A stretch of DNA of 34,082 nt from Chthoniobacterales bacterium (GTDB lineage Bacteria; Verrucomicrobiota; Verrucomicrobiia; Chthoniobacterales; UBA6821), in the NCBI GenBank assembly GCA_021733705.1, contig JAIPKF010000001.1:1-34082 (forward strand), read 5' to 3'. The translations under genes were made by a program, and so were the position numbers. The notes under the pieces are model-generated. The model was not told where the DNA came from. It saw only the letters and a program-made list of their open reading frames with translations, and did no database searches. Below, one piece after another: positions 34,004 to 34,082 of this stretch. How positions within the stretch are numbered: position 1 is the first letter of the stretch; each line of letters starts with the position of its first letter.

Positions 34004-34082
34004 TAGCCCGCATATTTCACACTAAATCTATTACGGCTTGTGGAAAGCTCATCATTACTGCGTTGGTCTCGAATTGTGATTT
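34004..34082 (+). mobile_element. MITE-like element, family B, cut by the window edge
   Basis: TA-GCCCGCATATTTCACACTAAATCTATTACGGCTTGTGGAAAGCTCATCATTACTGCGTTGGTCTCGAATTGTGATTT is nearly identical to the copies at 14890 and 23530. Confidence 0.8.

Noticed and set aside
33984-34007. A short direct repeat AATGCTAGC..AATGCTAGC lies just before the last element and might be a target-site duplication.
   Set aside because: Both copies lie on the same side of the element, and the other end is outside the window. It cannot be evaluated and is probably coincidental.
1-34082. The window could hold a phage-defence island, toxin-antitoxin module, prophage or integrative element.
   Set aside because: Every sizeable ORF is either a recognisable housekeeping or envelope gene or a small hypothetical. 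There are no nucleases, helicases, methyltransferases, integrases, transposases or phage structural genes. The single tRNA gene has no adjacent integrase or direct repeat.

Overview
This 34-kb chromosomal window is moderately AT-rich (low-40s % GC by eye, not computed) and dominated by ordinary Gram-negative core genes. I see no Shine-Dalgarno sequence upstream of the ~15 starts I inspected. That, an orphan T3SS-type secretin and a Lys-rich histone-like protein hint at a PVC/Verrucomicrobia-like organism, but this is a guess. Recognisable genes are: a delta-9 desaturase; a 3D-domain lipoprotein; an SctC-like secretin; an FGE/SUMF1-domain protein; an LPS-core block (GT4, GT9 heptosyltransferase, PfkB kinase, GT2) with kpsF and gmhA nearby; adk; fmt; an EF-P family protein; tRNA-Gly(UCC); alr; an NAD-epimerase; rpmH-rnpA-yidD-yidC; a CbpA-like J-protein; bioB; archaeal-type proS; pfkA; an EamA transporter; an M29 aminopeptidase; and a universal stress protein. 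I found no CRISPR array, prophage, transposase, toxin-antitoxin pair, recognisable defence island or biosynthetic cluster. The signal that gene annotation does not explain is a dense population of ~180-bp palindromic, TA-flanked elements with terminal inverted repeats (CCCGGATATTTCATAC...GTATGAAATATCCGGG). They fall into two related families (A and B), with chimeras, nested copies and solo ends at about 12 loci, totalling roughly 2.2 kb (~6% of the window) by hand count. Their left boundary always reads TAA or TAG and repeatedly coincides with the stop codon of the upstream gene. Two 180-bp (60-codon) copies sit in tandem and in frame inside the signal-peptide region of the 3D-domain lipoprotein gene. 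Other copies supply the last codons of fmt and of the heptosyltransferase. Many six-frame ORFs in the supplied track are simply translations of these repeats. Secondary observations are a tandem 65-bp hairpin module upstream of pfkA, the secretin/3D-lipoprotein pair with no other T3SS genes, an EF-P loop lacking the canonical lysine, and a CT-rich leader motif shared by three genes. All coordinates and counts were derived by hand and should be recomputed.
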